A stretch of 47,500 nt of DNA, the filler included, from Jimgerdemannia flammicorona (lineage: Eukaryota), in NCBI GenBank assembly GCA_003990765.1. It is 2 parts of 2 records of this genome, joined end to end, with 100 filler letters (N's around TTAATTAATTAA, not from the genome) between each part and the next. Parts side by side here need not be neighbours in the genome. Positions count along the whole stretch, not along the records: positions 1 to 23,703 come from RBNJ01001076.1; positions 23,804 to 47,500 come from RBNJ01001077.1. One strand, 5' to 3'. Of this stretch, positions 23,381 through 35,565 are shown piece after piece (the stretch's first letter is position 1; each line of letters opens with the position of its first letter). A program made the position numbers and the translations under genes. Below the pieces are notes generated by a model. The model saw nothing but the letters and a program-made list of their open reading frames with translations, ran no database searches and was not told the origin of the DNA.

Positions 23381-23703
23381 TCTTAGTGGTTGAAGAGCTA
23401 CCGCATTCTTGGTATTCTCCCTTCTCTGTGACTATATCTCAATGACTAGATGACTATAGGGAACTGTCTGGTGTTAGTTAATCAATTTTCAATTCCTACT
23501 TGTATCTTTCTCGCTTTGGCGAATCGGTAATGGAGTTTCATAAGTGTCAGTGTTCTGTATTGTCGGTCCTCCGGTTAGCCAATAAGGGATATCTTGAAGG
23601 TCGAAGGAATGGCTGTATACGAGCTCCGCCTGGACATGACCGACTTGAAAAACGTTTATAATAATGTTTGCAAATATGTGGGTGTTGGTTTATGACGTTT
23701 TTT

Positions 23704-23803
23704 NNNNNNNNNNNNNNNNNNNNNNNNNNNNNNNNNNNNNNNNNNNNTTAATTAATTAANNNNNNNNNNNNNNNNNNNNNNNNNNNNNNNNNNNNNNNNN
23801 NNN
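23704..23803. other. artificial contig-joining linker
   Basis: 44 N + TTAATTAATTAA (stops in all six frames) + 44 N = exactly 100 bp. Confidence 0.97.
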
Positions 23804-23806
23804 TTT

Positions 23807-23810
<4 letters not shown>

Positions 23811-23842
<32 letters not shown>

Positions 23843-26800
23843 GTCATAAGAACTTCCACTTTATTACCAAACTGTCTATGATATATAAATACAAATGAAC
23901 CCCTCACTCAATTCTACTTAGAAGCTCTCTCTCTCTCTCACCATTCTCCTAAAACACTACCACCCCATCCACTACCCCAATTCTCCCCCTACTTTTTCTA
24001 CAGATTGTCTCTACTAGTTATCTCTAATATCTCCCACCAATACCCTCACTCTGCCACCACTCATTCAACAGATCTGTCATCAGCCACTCCTATCTAGCCA
24101 CTCTCACCCCCAATATCAACCATTAATCCTCCTTAAATACTTATAGTCAATATTCTATAAGTTCAATCCAAATCACCAGCATCCATTCTAATATCAATTA
24201 CTCATCTCTCAGCCTCCCCACCAGTCTCCTCCAGAGGTCACCCTATCTCTCTCCTACTATCAATCCTAGTAGGTATACCCCTAGCTATATCTTAATAATC
24301 CTCCAAAAGTCACCCATCACCTCACACTCTCTTAACCAATATTCAGGAGTCTGTATCACTTCTCTCTCTTGCCTAATGTTCAGATACTCCTCACACTCCT
24401 GGGTATCTCCTTCCACTAAGTGATCTGTCTGGTAGTTCAATATCATATTATACTATAGAAGTCTCTACCATACTATCTCACCACCTACTTGCCCTATAGC
24501 CAAATACTGTTTCAGTCTCACTCTTCTCCAATCTCCACCCCCTGTTATACCTCAGGCTACAGATCCCTTCTATGCTTCTGGAGGCACTCTATACTATCCT
24601 CTAAACAGAAGTCATCTACTGATACCCTGTCCAACAGAAGGCAGTCCTATCTTCACATCTGAGGTCTCTATTTCTTCTCTCCCTCATCACTCCACCATCA
24701 GAGATCAATACAGTGAGCCCCATCAACCACTCTTCACTAGAATCCCTATAGTACATCCTCTGACTCCCCTCCAAAGCCACCAGAGATAGAAGATTTTCAG
24801 TCATATTATGGAGAGAGAACTGGGCCTCCCATACTCTCTATATGAGGGGAATCTACTCTCTATCTCTCAACTTGCTTACTTACTTTAGCCACCATATCCT
24901 CAAGCAATGAAGATATTTGGGAAAATCCACCAGACCCAGGCCTTCTCAGTTTACTGACCAGGTCAATACCTCCCAACTAATCTGACTCTGTCATCCTGCC
25001 CATATTCAGATCCTAGCCATCTTCAACAGTCACTTAATCACCTATATCAGAAAGTCTAAGTAGTACTCCAAATACTACAGCTTAGGTAGCCAGTATATAT
25101 TCAGCACTGTCACCCTCTCTGCTAGAGATATATAATGACCACTCCACTCCAAGAGAGTACTCCCTCACTCTGCTAACTACTGCTCTCACTATCTATGAGG
25201 AAACAATGAGCCATATACCAAAAAGTAAATCCCCAGATAGTAAATGGCCTCTCCTGTAGGGATAATTATTCCAATCACATCTCTATCTATAATCCCTTCT
25301 CTCAATACCAAAGTCTCACACTTATGCCAGTTGAGATTAGCACCTAAGTACTCCTCATATTACTCTACTATATCTTTTAGTGCCACAACATTCTCTGCTA
25401 ACTCCAGCCTAACTACCATATTATCAGTAAAGGCCCCAACCTTTCAATTTACCCCCAGAATGTCCAACCCCCCCACCTTTCACTGTATTCTATCTAAAAG
25501 AGGCTCTAGAGACAATACATATAGGATCAGTGACAGTGGATCCCTCTGTAGCACTCCTTTATTCAGAGAGAATAAAATTCCCCTATACTTATTTATCATA
25601 ATTGCTACCCAACTCCCTTCCAGCAGACTGATCAAAATCTGCTAGACCCCAGAGGGGACTCTAATACACTTTAGTATCCCTTTCAACCACACTTACCAGA
25701 CCCTGTCATAGGCCTTCTCTTGGTCCAAGAACACTAGCCATTTATCTACTCCAATAGTATAAGCTCTCTCAATGATACTATATACCCAGGCCATCCTATC
25801 TCTGATCAGATATCCCCTTATAAATTCTCTCTGCTCAGCCCCCAGAACTTGCTGAGCCACTCCTTGCAGTCTAGCCACTAGTATCTTTATGACTAGTTTG
25901 CAGTCTATATTCAGAAGTATAATTGACCTCTAGTTTTTCCACTCCTCTCTCCTCTCCTTATTCTTAAACAGCAGAGCCATAAGACTCAAGCTCTGCCCCC
26001 CAATCTATACTCCTGAGCTAATTACTTCATTATACATTACTGTCATTTCCTCCAGAATCATCTCAACTCCTACCATCTTCTTCCAAAAATCCCACTATAA
26101 GTCATTCTCTCCTAATACTGTTCCCAAGTTTATTGTCATCAGTACCTGCTGAATCTCTTCCCCTCAGATAGCAGCACTAAGGTCACCTAAGCTCACTGCT
26201 AGATCAGAGTACCATTTCTCCAAGTATCTGTCTATGTCCAGCACCCCCACCCTCTCATTCTCCTCACTTTACAATTATCTCCACTGTTTGCTCAACTGGT
26301 CCAGAATCTCTGGTATCCCAACAACCAACTCTCCAGCCTCATCCAAGACCCCCTCCCACTGCTGCCATACTCTCCTCACCTACAGAAGCCATAACAAAAA
26401 CTTGGAAGGTCTCTCTCTCTTCTCTATTACAGCTGGACCACTATACTCTTAATCTATAGGTTCTTCTCTTACCTCAGCATACTCTTCAACACCTCCACCT
26501 CTAGTCTGATCTACTGTATCCTCTAATTCTCCTTCTCACTATCATTTAAGAGATCTGCCTAAGACACTAGCAACCTTGTCAACCTCTGGAAGATTCATCT
26601 CACTCACTTCTTTCTCTGAGTACTCTACATCCTTCCTATCTCTCCCTAGTATCATTGTACCTCAGATTTCAATCTCTTCCAGAAATCTCCAATCCCCAGC
26701 CCCTCTACTCTCCAATCAGATATTCTGAAGCAAATATCTACCACTCACACATCTCATAAGGAGACCTCCCCTAGCAAAGAGATATTTAGATACTAATGTC

Positions 26801-29350
26801 CAGGCCCCTCCCCACTTCTCCCAAAACACCCCCCTCCTAGAAGACCCCAGTGATCTGACCACAGATACCAAATAGGTTCCAAAGTTCTCTAGATATCAAC
26901 TCCTCAGTATTCAGCAGTCAACATTCAGTTAATCCTTGAGTCCAATTCTACCACTCAGTGGATATAGACTCTATGATCCCCTCATTCAAGCCTCCCAGTT
27001 TCCACTAATGAGCTCAGATGTTTAACTTTCTCCCAGGCTTCCATATCACCACTCTTATCTACTATCTCCCTTCTCTCATCAGTTCTATCTATTTTTCCAT
27101 TATATATTATATTAAAGTTCCTCTCTAAATAGTCAATCTCTACCTTCATCAATACTCTAGACTCTCATAGCCCTTGAATCCATTTCACTCTCTCTCTTCT
27201 TTCTGCTGGACAATAACATAATTCAACCATCAAGGGCCTCTAGCCTAGTCTCTTTCAAACTCCCCACACTATCCTGCTCTCCCAATATTCAATGTCCCCA
27301 ATATCTCTCTTGTCCTTTTTAACCAGAATGTCTATATGCTCACACCAAACAGCCACACTACCCCATTCCTTTGTCCAGTTCAGAATATCCAAGTTTCTAT
27401 TACACCCAACATCCTGCAGTAGAAACAAATCTGCTTCCATTCTCTTTAGCCATCCAAAGATATTTCAATATCTTACTACTCCTTAGAGTCCATTGATATT
27501 CAGAGATAAGATTCTAGTTATTCTGTTTATATTGAATAATATTATTTAAAGAACAACCATCTACTCTACAATTCTATACTTACTACATTATCAGCAACAT
27601 CTAGGTTTCTCTCTACCTCAAGCTCATCTATCTCTCCCTACTGAGTCTCTAATGTCTCCAAGATCTCTTGACAATCTGCATCATCCACAGTCTCCATATC
27701 TGTCTAGTATTCCTTGCACACTATCTGCTACTTCACTAGCACTTTCCTCAGTCCTTATATATGCAGCCCTGTCATTTGCAATCACCAGAAGTACTGCTGC
27801 CCTGCTATCATCTACTTGATATATCTCAGTCTTTAGCAAAGCCACCATTATCTCATCTCAGAGTTCCTATAGCACCTCCTTGCTATGCAGGATTTCACTC
27901 CAGTGTCTCTTGCTCAGTATCTAAAAGTCCTCTTCTCTCAGCTCCTCAGCCACCATATTCTCAAGTATTTTCCACAGTCATTTCTCCTCATCCTCAGTCT
28001 CCACTACTTTCTGGGCTACCCTCTTTCCCCCTTCCACTGGCCCACCCTCTGTATTTCTTCTTGCTGACTTATTCCAATTCTCTTTCAGTATATTTTACAG
28101 TTTATCATCTCCTCTAGCCCCATCTGGCACTCTATACTAAGGGCCCTCTCTCTCTGCCATCTTTATATTCTCTATAATAACACTCAGCCCTGAGCCTTCT
28201 TCTCTTCCCAGAGTCTTCTCTGGTGCCACTTCCTTCTCTCCTGCCCAGGCACTTGCTCTCAACCCAGCTTCTTCAGTGACAGTCCCCCCAGCTGCCCTTC
28301 CTTCCAACTTAGCTAATAGATCCTTCTGAATACATCTCCTCTACACTCTCTCCCAGACTATCTAATCCAGTCACACTCTCTTATCATTTATGATCTTTAC
28401 TATTATCTTGACCTCAAACTTCTTCCAGACTAATCTTTTCCTCTTTATGGCCTCAGCCAGATTCTCTAATACCTCCAATAAGTCCTCTTTTTCCTTCAGT
28501 GTCTTTTTTACTCTTGAGACCTTATACTCCACAGGTCCCCATTTGAGAACTGCTAGCCAGTCTCTTGCTTTCTCTGTATTCTCCTTGTCTACTAGCTATA
28601 CTCTGATGTCCACATCTCTTGTTCTGAATTTTGTACCCTCTCAGACCCAAAACTCAATATCTACAATATCCTTATACTCCTTGATGGCCTCTACAATCAA
28701 CTCTTTAGCTATCTCCTTTGATACAATAGAAATATCCAATACTGTCAGCTATACTACTTGGGGATTCCAGTATAAGCACTAGACTATGGAGATTACTACT
28801 CCCCCCACTATCACTCTCTTTTCCATTGCTTCCAATAGCATATCCTCCTTTTCAAAGCCTATCTCCACCTCTTCCAGATTCTTCAAAACTTCACTAATGC
28901 TGCTATTTTCACCTCCTGGGCCAGAAGCCCCAGAATCATTCTCACTGTCACTATCAAGCCTTGGAAACACAATGTGACAACAAATTCTGACCTCAATTTC
29001 TTAAGTAATAGTATCACCACCAGGTCTATTATACTATCTGCCAAATCTCTGGACCTTGTACCTACTCTCTGTCCTAGTTCATCATCAACTATTATATCTG
29101 GATTTTTTTTTCCAGATTAGTAGTCTCCTTGCTATTAGTAGTGCTGCTCTCTCTGGTCACTACTCTCTTAGCCCTGCTGCTCTCTACTATAGGCCACTCC
29201 ATCAGACTCTGTAGCCCTTACTATCTCCTTGCCCTTCTTCAGCCAGCTCTCCAATCCAGTTATTTGATGTCTCTCTTTTATCTTATCTATAAAGCTCATC
29301 CTTCTAGTCCTCTATCTCTCAGTACTGCCTCCTTTTCTTCCATGTCCTCT
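23811..29350 (-). mobile_element. decayed non-LTR retrotransposon (APE + RT, L1/Tx1-like) with poly(A) tail
   Basis: Minus strand: APE motifs RILSLNINGL (~27515) and ADLFLLQDV; RT motifs LVFLDQEKAYDRVW and FTDNMVV; AATAAA at 23865-23860 then poly(A) 23839-23811. ORF1 relic ~27550-29300. Many stops; 5' end approximate. Confidence 0.9.
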
Positions 29351-29370
29351 AGCTAGCAAGTCCTGTATAC

Positions 29371-29545
29371 TTCCCCCCAAGCCATAACTCCTCCCCATAT
29401 ACTGTCAGTCAAATGTACTAGGGTCACTCTGCCCAGTATACATCTCAGAATACTTATTAGTTACTATATTGCTAGTACCTATTCTCCAAAAATAATATCT
29501 TGAGTGTTGTTAGAAGTTTGTATAACTTGAATATTATCAGAGAGG
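29371..29545. repeat. further fragment of the repeat at 5857-6035
   Basis: ttccccccaagcca...gtcaaat...gtcactctgcc.agtata... is shared with 5857-6035. Confidence 0.75.
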
Positions 29546-29855
29546 CTGACAAGGTCCTTGCTAACTCTTAATATATCTATTTATCCTATTACTATTATTA
29601 TTTATAATCTTAGACTATGGAGTAATAGTACTGAATATATCTGACTTTATTACTATATCAAGCTCACCAAAGCTATCAAATAGTCTCTGGCTCTCATTTC
29701 TATATACTAGACTATTATATATATCTAACTTTAAGTATAATAGAGACCTTTTCAGCACTAAATTCATCTGCTGTTTCTACAATGTTACCAAATATCAGAA
29801 AAACTAACTCATAGTCCAAATAGCTTTCAATAAGCTCTCTGTTACCTAGAATAAT

Positions 29856-30036
29856 ATCTCTATCTATAGTAAATTTACCTTTAGAAATTATAACTGAGAA
29901 AATAGATCTAGGGGCAATCAATACTCTAACTTCTATAACTTCTAATTTAGGAGTTATAGAAGTTAGAGTATTGATTGCCCCTAGATCTATTTTCTCAGTT
30001 ATAATTTCTAAAGGTAAATTTACTATAGAAAGAGAT
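29856..30036. repeat. near-perfect palindrome, 90-bp arms around a single base (29946)
   Basis: 29856-29945 is the reverse complement of 29947-30036, with 2 mismatches seen (29941/29951 and 29862/30030). Confidence 0.95.
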
Positions 30037-30378
30037 TAGTACTTCCAAACAAATTGAATCAATTCAAATCGAATTGAATTGAGGGTCATTTGAATCAAAT
30101 TGAGGATCTGATTCAAAACCTATTTTTAGAAATATAATAACTCAACAAATACACATCCAAATTCAATAATCTTTAGCTTGTTAGATTCCCCTATATAATA
30201 GGAATCTAACAAGCTAAAGATCATTGAATTTAGATGTGTATTTGTCGAGTTATTTAATTTCTAAAAATAGAGTTCGAATCAGACCTCAAATTGAATTGGG
30301 CCTCAATTCAATTTGAAGTTTTCAAATCAAATTAAATTTGGGTCCAATTCGATTCAATTTGATTCATTGGGGGCACTA
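30037..30378. mobile_element. palindromic MITE, hAT-like (copy 1)
   Basis: Termini tagtacttccaa...ttgggggcacta, long internal inverted arms centred ~30195, subterminal (t)tgaat/attcaa repeats. Homologous to 45321-45663. Confidence 0.85.
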
Positions 30379-30419
30379 CTCCTAATAAAGCTCTCAGTAC
30401 TATATCTATAGCAATTAGA

Positions 30420-33400
30420 TGATATACTTGGAGATTATTGATAGAAGGTGAGTCTATATTGACAAGGGGCTATGAGGTTATAGGAGATAGAGAGAGTTGC
30501 TGGTGAGTCTGGAGGTGAAGAAGATGAGAGCTACTAATGAAAGTAAGGATGCTGGAAGAGCTTTGGCAAGTGTCTGGACTGGGAGATAAGGGGAGAATAT
30601 GGAGGTGGGTCTGGAGGAGGCCAGGAAGGCACTAGGTGAGGACCCATATGAGAATAGTATATTCAAAGTCTGGGAGCAGTCTCCTATATCCACTCCTCTT
30701 ATCAGGTAGGGACTGGCTGTGAGGGGCCAAGTAGTGGAGGATGTGCCCATATATAGTGCTCAGTAGGTATACTTTGGGATTCCTGAGATAGAAAAAGGTG
30801 GATAAGTAGTAGTAGTTAGTGAGAAAGAACTGGTAGATATCCCAGAGGAGAGATGAATGAGGCTGCAAGTATGGGGGAGGATATCTCAATACTGAGTAGA
30901 GGATAGCCTGCAATCTCTGAGGGAAAGAAAGTGGGGAATCTACTATAGATGTACTGGATGATAAATAACCTTATAGCTGAGGAACTAGGAGAAGTGGATC
31001 TAAGAGTGATAAGTGATGAGTACTGGGTAAGGATCTTGCATAATGATAGAGTAGTAGAGATATTAAGAGCAGAGGTACTAGTAGTTTTTCTGGAGGAGGA
31101 AGAGTATGAGGTAAACAAGGAAAGGGAGGCTGAGCTGGCAGTTGTTGCTGATGAGTGAGCCCTCTACTACTGGGAAAAGTATCATGGTTTACAGCTCTAG
31201 CAAGAGGCCTGCCTGAAGTATTATGAGGATTTTGAGAAAAAGGAGGATAGGGAAATAGCCAAGCTACTGGAGAGACTAGAAACTAAGAGAACTGAAGAGG
31301 AGGCAGTGTCTGCTAAACACAATCTGGACTTGGCAAGAGAGGTGAGGGATATGAAGTAGAGGATGTGTTTTCAATTCCATATATTTCTTATGAATAGTAT
31401 AACTAATATTTTTTCTCTCAATGTGAATGAGTTATGGGGTTCATATTGGTATTAGAATATTTTTGCTTGGCTGAAAGAACTGAAGGCAGATCTCTTTCTT
31501 TTGCAGAATATCAGATGTGAGGATGATTTGGATAGACTGGAGTGGACTAAGAAATGGGGAGGAGAGGCTATATGAAAAGGCAAGGTGGGGATTCTGATCC
31601 AAAGAGCAGAGGAGAGATACAAAAGGTAAGGAGCTGGGGTGACAGACTAGTTTGGAGAGAGTGGATTTGAGCAGGTTGAGAGCTAGCTATGGTGGGGTCT
31701 TACTACTGTCCTACTGTATGGGAAGAGTATGTGGACTGGGTGAAGGGCCTCTAGGAGAGTGGGGCCCTTACAGAGACTAGAGTGGATATACTTGACAGGG
31801 ACTTCAATATGGTCTGAGATATATTGGTGGATAGAACTGATGGAGGAAGGGGGGCTAAGGGTCAGAGTGGAGGTCTGGAAGTATAGGAGGAGGTAGAGAG
31901 ACTGAGTGCACTGGTGAATACTGGTAGGAGATTTTGAGATAATAGGAGAGTATACATGTACTGGGCCAGGGATCTGGAGATGAGAATTGACTGGGTTTTG
32001 ACTGCAGACTACTGGGGATTGGATATCTGAATATCACTAAAGGTTGAGTGGTGTCTATGGTCTGATTATTAGAGATTGTTAGGATAAGGACATTTTGGGG
32101 AGAGTGGAGATGGGCCTGGACATTGATGTCTAAATTTCTCTTTATTGGACAATAAGGGGCTGTGGGATAAGTGGGCTGTGGAAATTCAGCAGAGGGTAGA
32201 GAATTGGGTATAAGAGGGGGCTAATATGAATATCAGGTGGATGTGGCTAAAGAAGACTACTAGGGTCTACTGAAGAGAGGCTGGTAAGATAGCTGGCAGA
32301 CAGAAGAGGTGACAGGTGATATAGACTTCTACTAGACTGACTTGGCTTCTGGAGGATGAGACTGAACTGTTGGCCCTAGAGGGGGGGGGGGAGAACTGAC
32401 TATTGTTGTGGGTACAGAAGGAGGTTGAGGAGCTGTAACTAGTGGTAAGAGAGGAGGGGAAGGTACAGGTACAGAGTCTGGTGGCATGGTTGTATTGGCA
32501 GAGACTGGAGAAAGGAAAGAGGCCCTCTAAGTTCCTCATGAGGGCCCTTTAGGTAAGGAGAGTTCAGCAGAGGTGGGAGGGGGTATTGGATGCTGATGGA
32601 CATCTGGTGTATGGCATACAAGATATTCTCAGATTGTTAAAGAGGAAGTGAAGTAGTCTGTAGAGTGAGGAGGAGGGGGGGGCTGATGAGGCTGCCATTG
32701 ACCATACTTTGGAGGACTGGCACTTGCCACAGGTGGGAGGAATGGACAGCCTGGTATTGCTGGTACAGAAGGAGGAGATTTGTCAGGTTCTTGCTACAAC
32801 TTTACCAGACATAGTACCAGGAGAGGATGGCTTGCCCTAGGACTTTTGGAAGAAGATAGTGGGAATCTCCAGTATGCTAGAAGAATTGATAACAATATAT
32901 AACTTAGTACTAGGGTCAGATAGATGGGTGGGTGAACAGAATCTGAGGCTGGTGACTCTGCTCTATAAGGATAAAGGCAGGAGAGAGGACTGGAGAAACT
33001 AGCAGCCAATCATATTGCTGGATATAAACAGGAAGCTGGTTACTAAGTTAGTGGTAGTGAGGTTGTAGAAGGTGGCCCAGTAGGTATTGGGAGAGGAGCA
33101 GCAGGGCTTTGTAGATAGCTGGCTCATTAGAGATGGCACAGCTTGGATATATATTATTATTGAGAGGGTATCAGCCTGTGGACTAGATGGGTACCTGGTT
33201 TTTCTAGATCAACAGAAGGCATATAACTGTGTCTGATAGGTATGGTTGGCAAAAGTCCTGAATAGGATTGTCATCTCTCAGTTGTTTCAAGTGACAATTA
33301 TCAGTCTATTGGAAGAGAGTTGAGCAGTACTCATATGCAATGTGTACTGAGGGGGAGCTTTTTCTCTAGATAGGGGGGTCTCTCAAGGGGACCTGCTGTC

Positions 33401-35065
33401 CTCCATTTTGTATATACTCTCATTGGAGCTGTTGATGAACAGGATTCAGTAGAAGATAATAGGGCTCTCAGTATTGAGTATTGGATAGAAGGTTGGAGTC
33501 TTTACAGATAACATAGTAGTTGACCTAGAATCAATTGCTAATGTGGAGAAACTTAAGGCAACAGTAGAGTAGTATGAGGTGTATTCTGGGGCTAAACTTA
33601 ACTGGTACAAGTGTGAGACAGTGGTGTTAGATAATAGTCTGGTGGGAGGAGATATCATTGGAACAATTATCTCTACTAAGAAGGCAGTATGATACCTAGG
33701 TGTTTATATCTCAGTTTATGGATCAGTCTTACCTAGGGCTTGGTGGGAGCAGCAAGTTACAATCTAGAGAGAGGTCCTGCAGAGTTGGGGTGGCCACTAG
33801 TTGTCTCTAGCTAGGTATATTTCTATTTTGAATATCTACTGACTACTGAAGCTGTGATATTTGGCTTATTATCTAGACTTCTCAGTCTGAGTGGTGAAGC
33901 AATTGTTAAAACTGGTTAAGAGTTGGATCTGGGCTGAGAGGAGAAGTCAGATTAGCTAGAAAATCTTATCTCTGCTAGTTGCTAAAGGTGGTCTGTGGCT
34001 GGTTGACTTTCTGAAGAGACTGTACTTTCTGAGAGTATGGTGGTTGAAGAGGACAGTGGAGCTGAGAAATAGTAGCTGGGTTCTCCTGATGAAGAAGGTC
34101 TGAGAGATGAGGTCCTTACCAAGAGACTCTATAGGTGATCTACTGTCCTTAGTCAGACTTCAGAACAATAGTCATATATAGTATAAGGAATTCTGGTAGG
34201 AGGTTGTAGATAGAGCATATTGTATTAGAATTCACTAGCAGGGAGATGAAGGAGAGATGCCTTGAAGCCCTACAATATAGAGATGGGACTATATGCTATT
34301 GGGGGGTATCTCATTACTATTACTTAATTTTGATATTAGTGATAGAATAGAGTATCAGAGGGGGTTAGGACAGGGATTTGTGGCCTAGTAGATGGTAGCA
34401 GATAGATATTAGGGAGGAGTGAGATTGGAATGGGGTCTGGGCCTGGAGTATAGAGGTCAGGTGATGATTGCCACCAAAGTACTGGGTGGTCTGGTGATAC
34501 TTATTGCAGAGAAATGTCATGCTCAACTTTTACTTAGGCCATCTAGTTGAGGGAGAAAACTTTGACTGTAAGGAGTGCTATAATGTAGGGCAGGAAGGGG
34601 GTTTTGTGCAGATACCTAAATATTGGCTAGGAGAGTGTGAGATACTTGGTGACTTTTGATTAGAGGTTGAGCATCAACTGAATATTTTGTATAGGGGAGT
34701 TGATATGAGGGACTGTTGGGAGGATTTGTGAGATAGATTGATAGGGGGGATTGGGTTGGAGTGACTTACTTTAGATTGGATTATAGCTGTATGAGTGAGT
34801 TTAGCTGATCACTAGTTATTTGTTTTTAAGGATGAGAGGAGACTAGGATTGAGGACATGGTTGCTGAGATGGGAAGGGCTGATGGAGGACATCTTGATGA
34901 GCTAGTGGCTTGGATGGGGTCTATAGAGTGGTTGGTGGTATAGTTTGGTTGAGAAAATCTGTAGACAGAGTGGGGGAAGAGTTGGGGTAGTGGGCAAAAA
35001 AGTATATTTCAAGTATGAAGGTATAGAGGGAGACCCCTCTAGGGGGATTGAATAGTGGGAGGAGG
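30420..35065 (+). mobile_element. decayed LINE related to 23811-29350; its 3' end is displaced to 39565-39639
   Basis: APE motifs IFSLNVNEL (~31410) and ADLFLLQ; RT motifs LVFLDQQKAY (~33196), SQGDLLS (~33381), FTDNIVV (~33501). 5' boundary approximate. Confidence 0.9.
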
Positions 35066-35565
35066 AGAGGAAGAGGGCCCAGTGAGAGCCAAGGGAGTGA
35101 ACCCAGAGCCAGTGTCAAAGCAAACGGAAGATATGTGGAAGAGTGTGTATAAGGGGGACAAATAAAAAATGTAACCAAAAATGCATCAGCCATTTATTGC
35201 CACATAAAAACATGGTCCTTATATACAAAATATGACATCCCAAAAGGGAGAATGTGCCACAACTCGGGGCGAACCAAATTAGGAACCATATGATTGCCGG
35301 AGATAGGTGGAGATAAAGGGGGAGCCAATCCCAGTTACAGGATAAAAATCACAAACAAACACAAACAAAACAAATCCAAATCAAGATTAAAAAACATCTG
35401 CAGACCCCGGAGGGGTGAGCGTGAGTGAGGGGTGAGGCTGAAACGGAGCGAGCCGCAGCAAGCCCAAGTGAAGCGAGGGGCCGAAGGCAGTGGAGGGGAG
35501 CAGAGTAAGGCCAAGACCCCGGAGCGAGTGCAGGACCCCGGAGGGGGCAAGGATGTTTTTTAATC
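35066..35565 (-). repeat. PLE 3' pseudo-LTR
   Basis: Direct repeat of 38736-39236. It begins at the RT stop codon and runs into the first ~22 codons of ORF1. Confidence 0.93.

Noticed and set aside
35066..35565. Hammerhead ribozyme in the PLE pseudo-LTR
   Set aside because: Looked for CUGANGA...GAAA on both strands. The closest match is CUGAUGC with no suitably placed GAAA. A covariance-model search on the consensus is still worthwhile.
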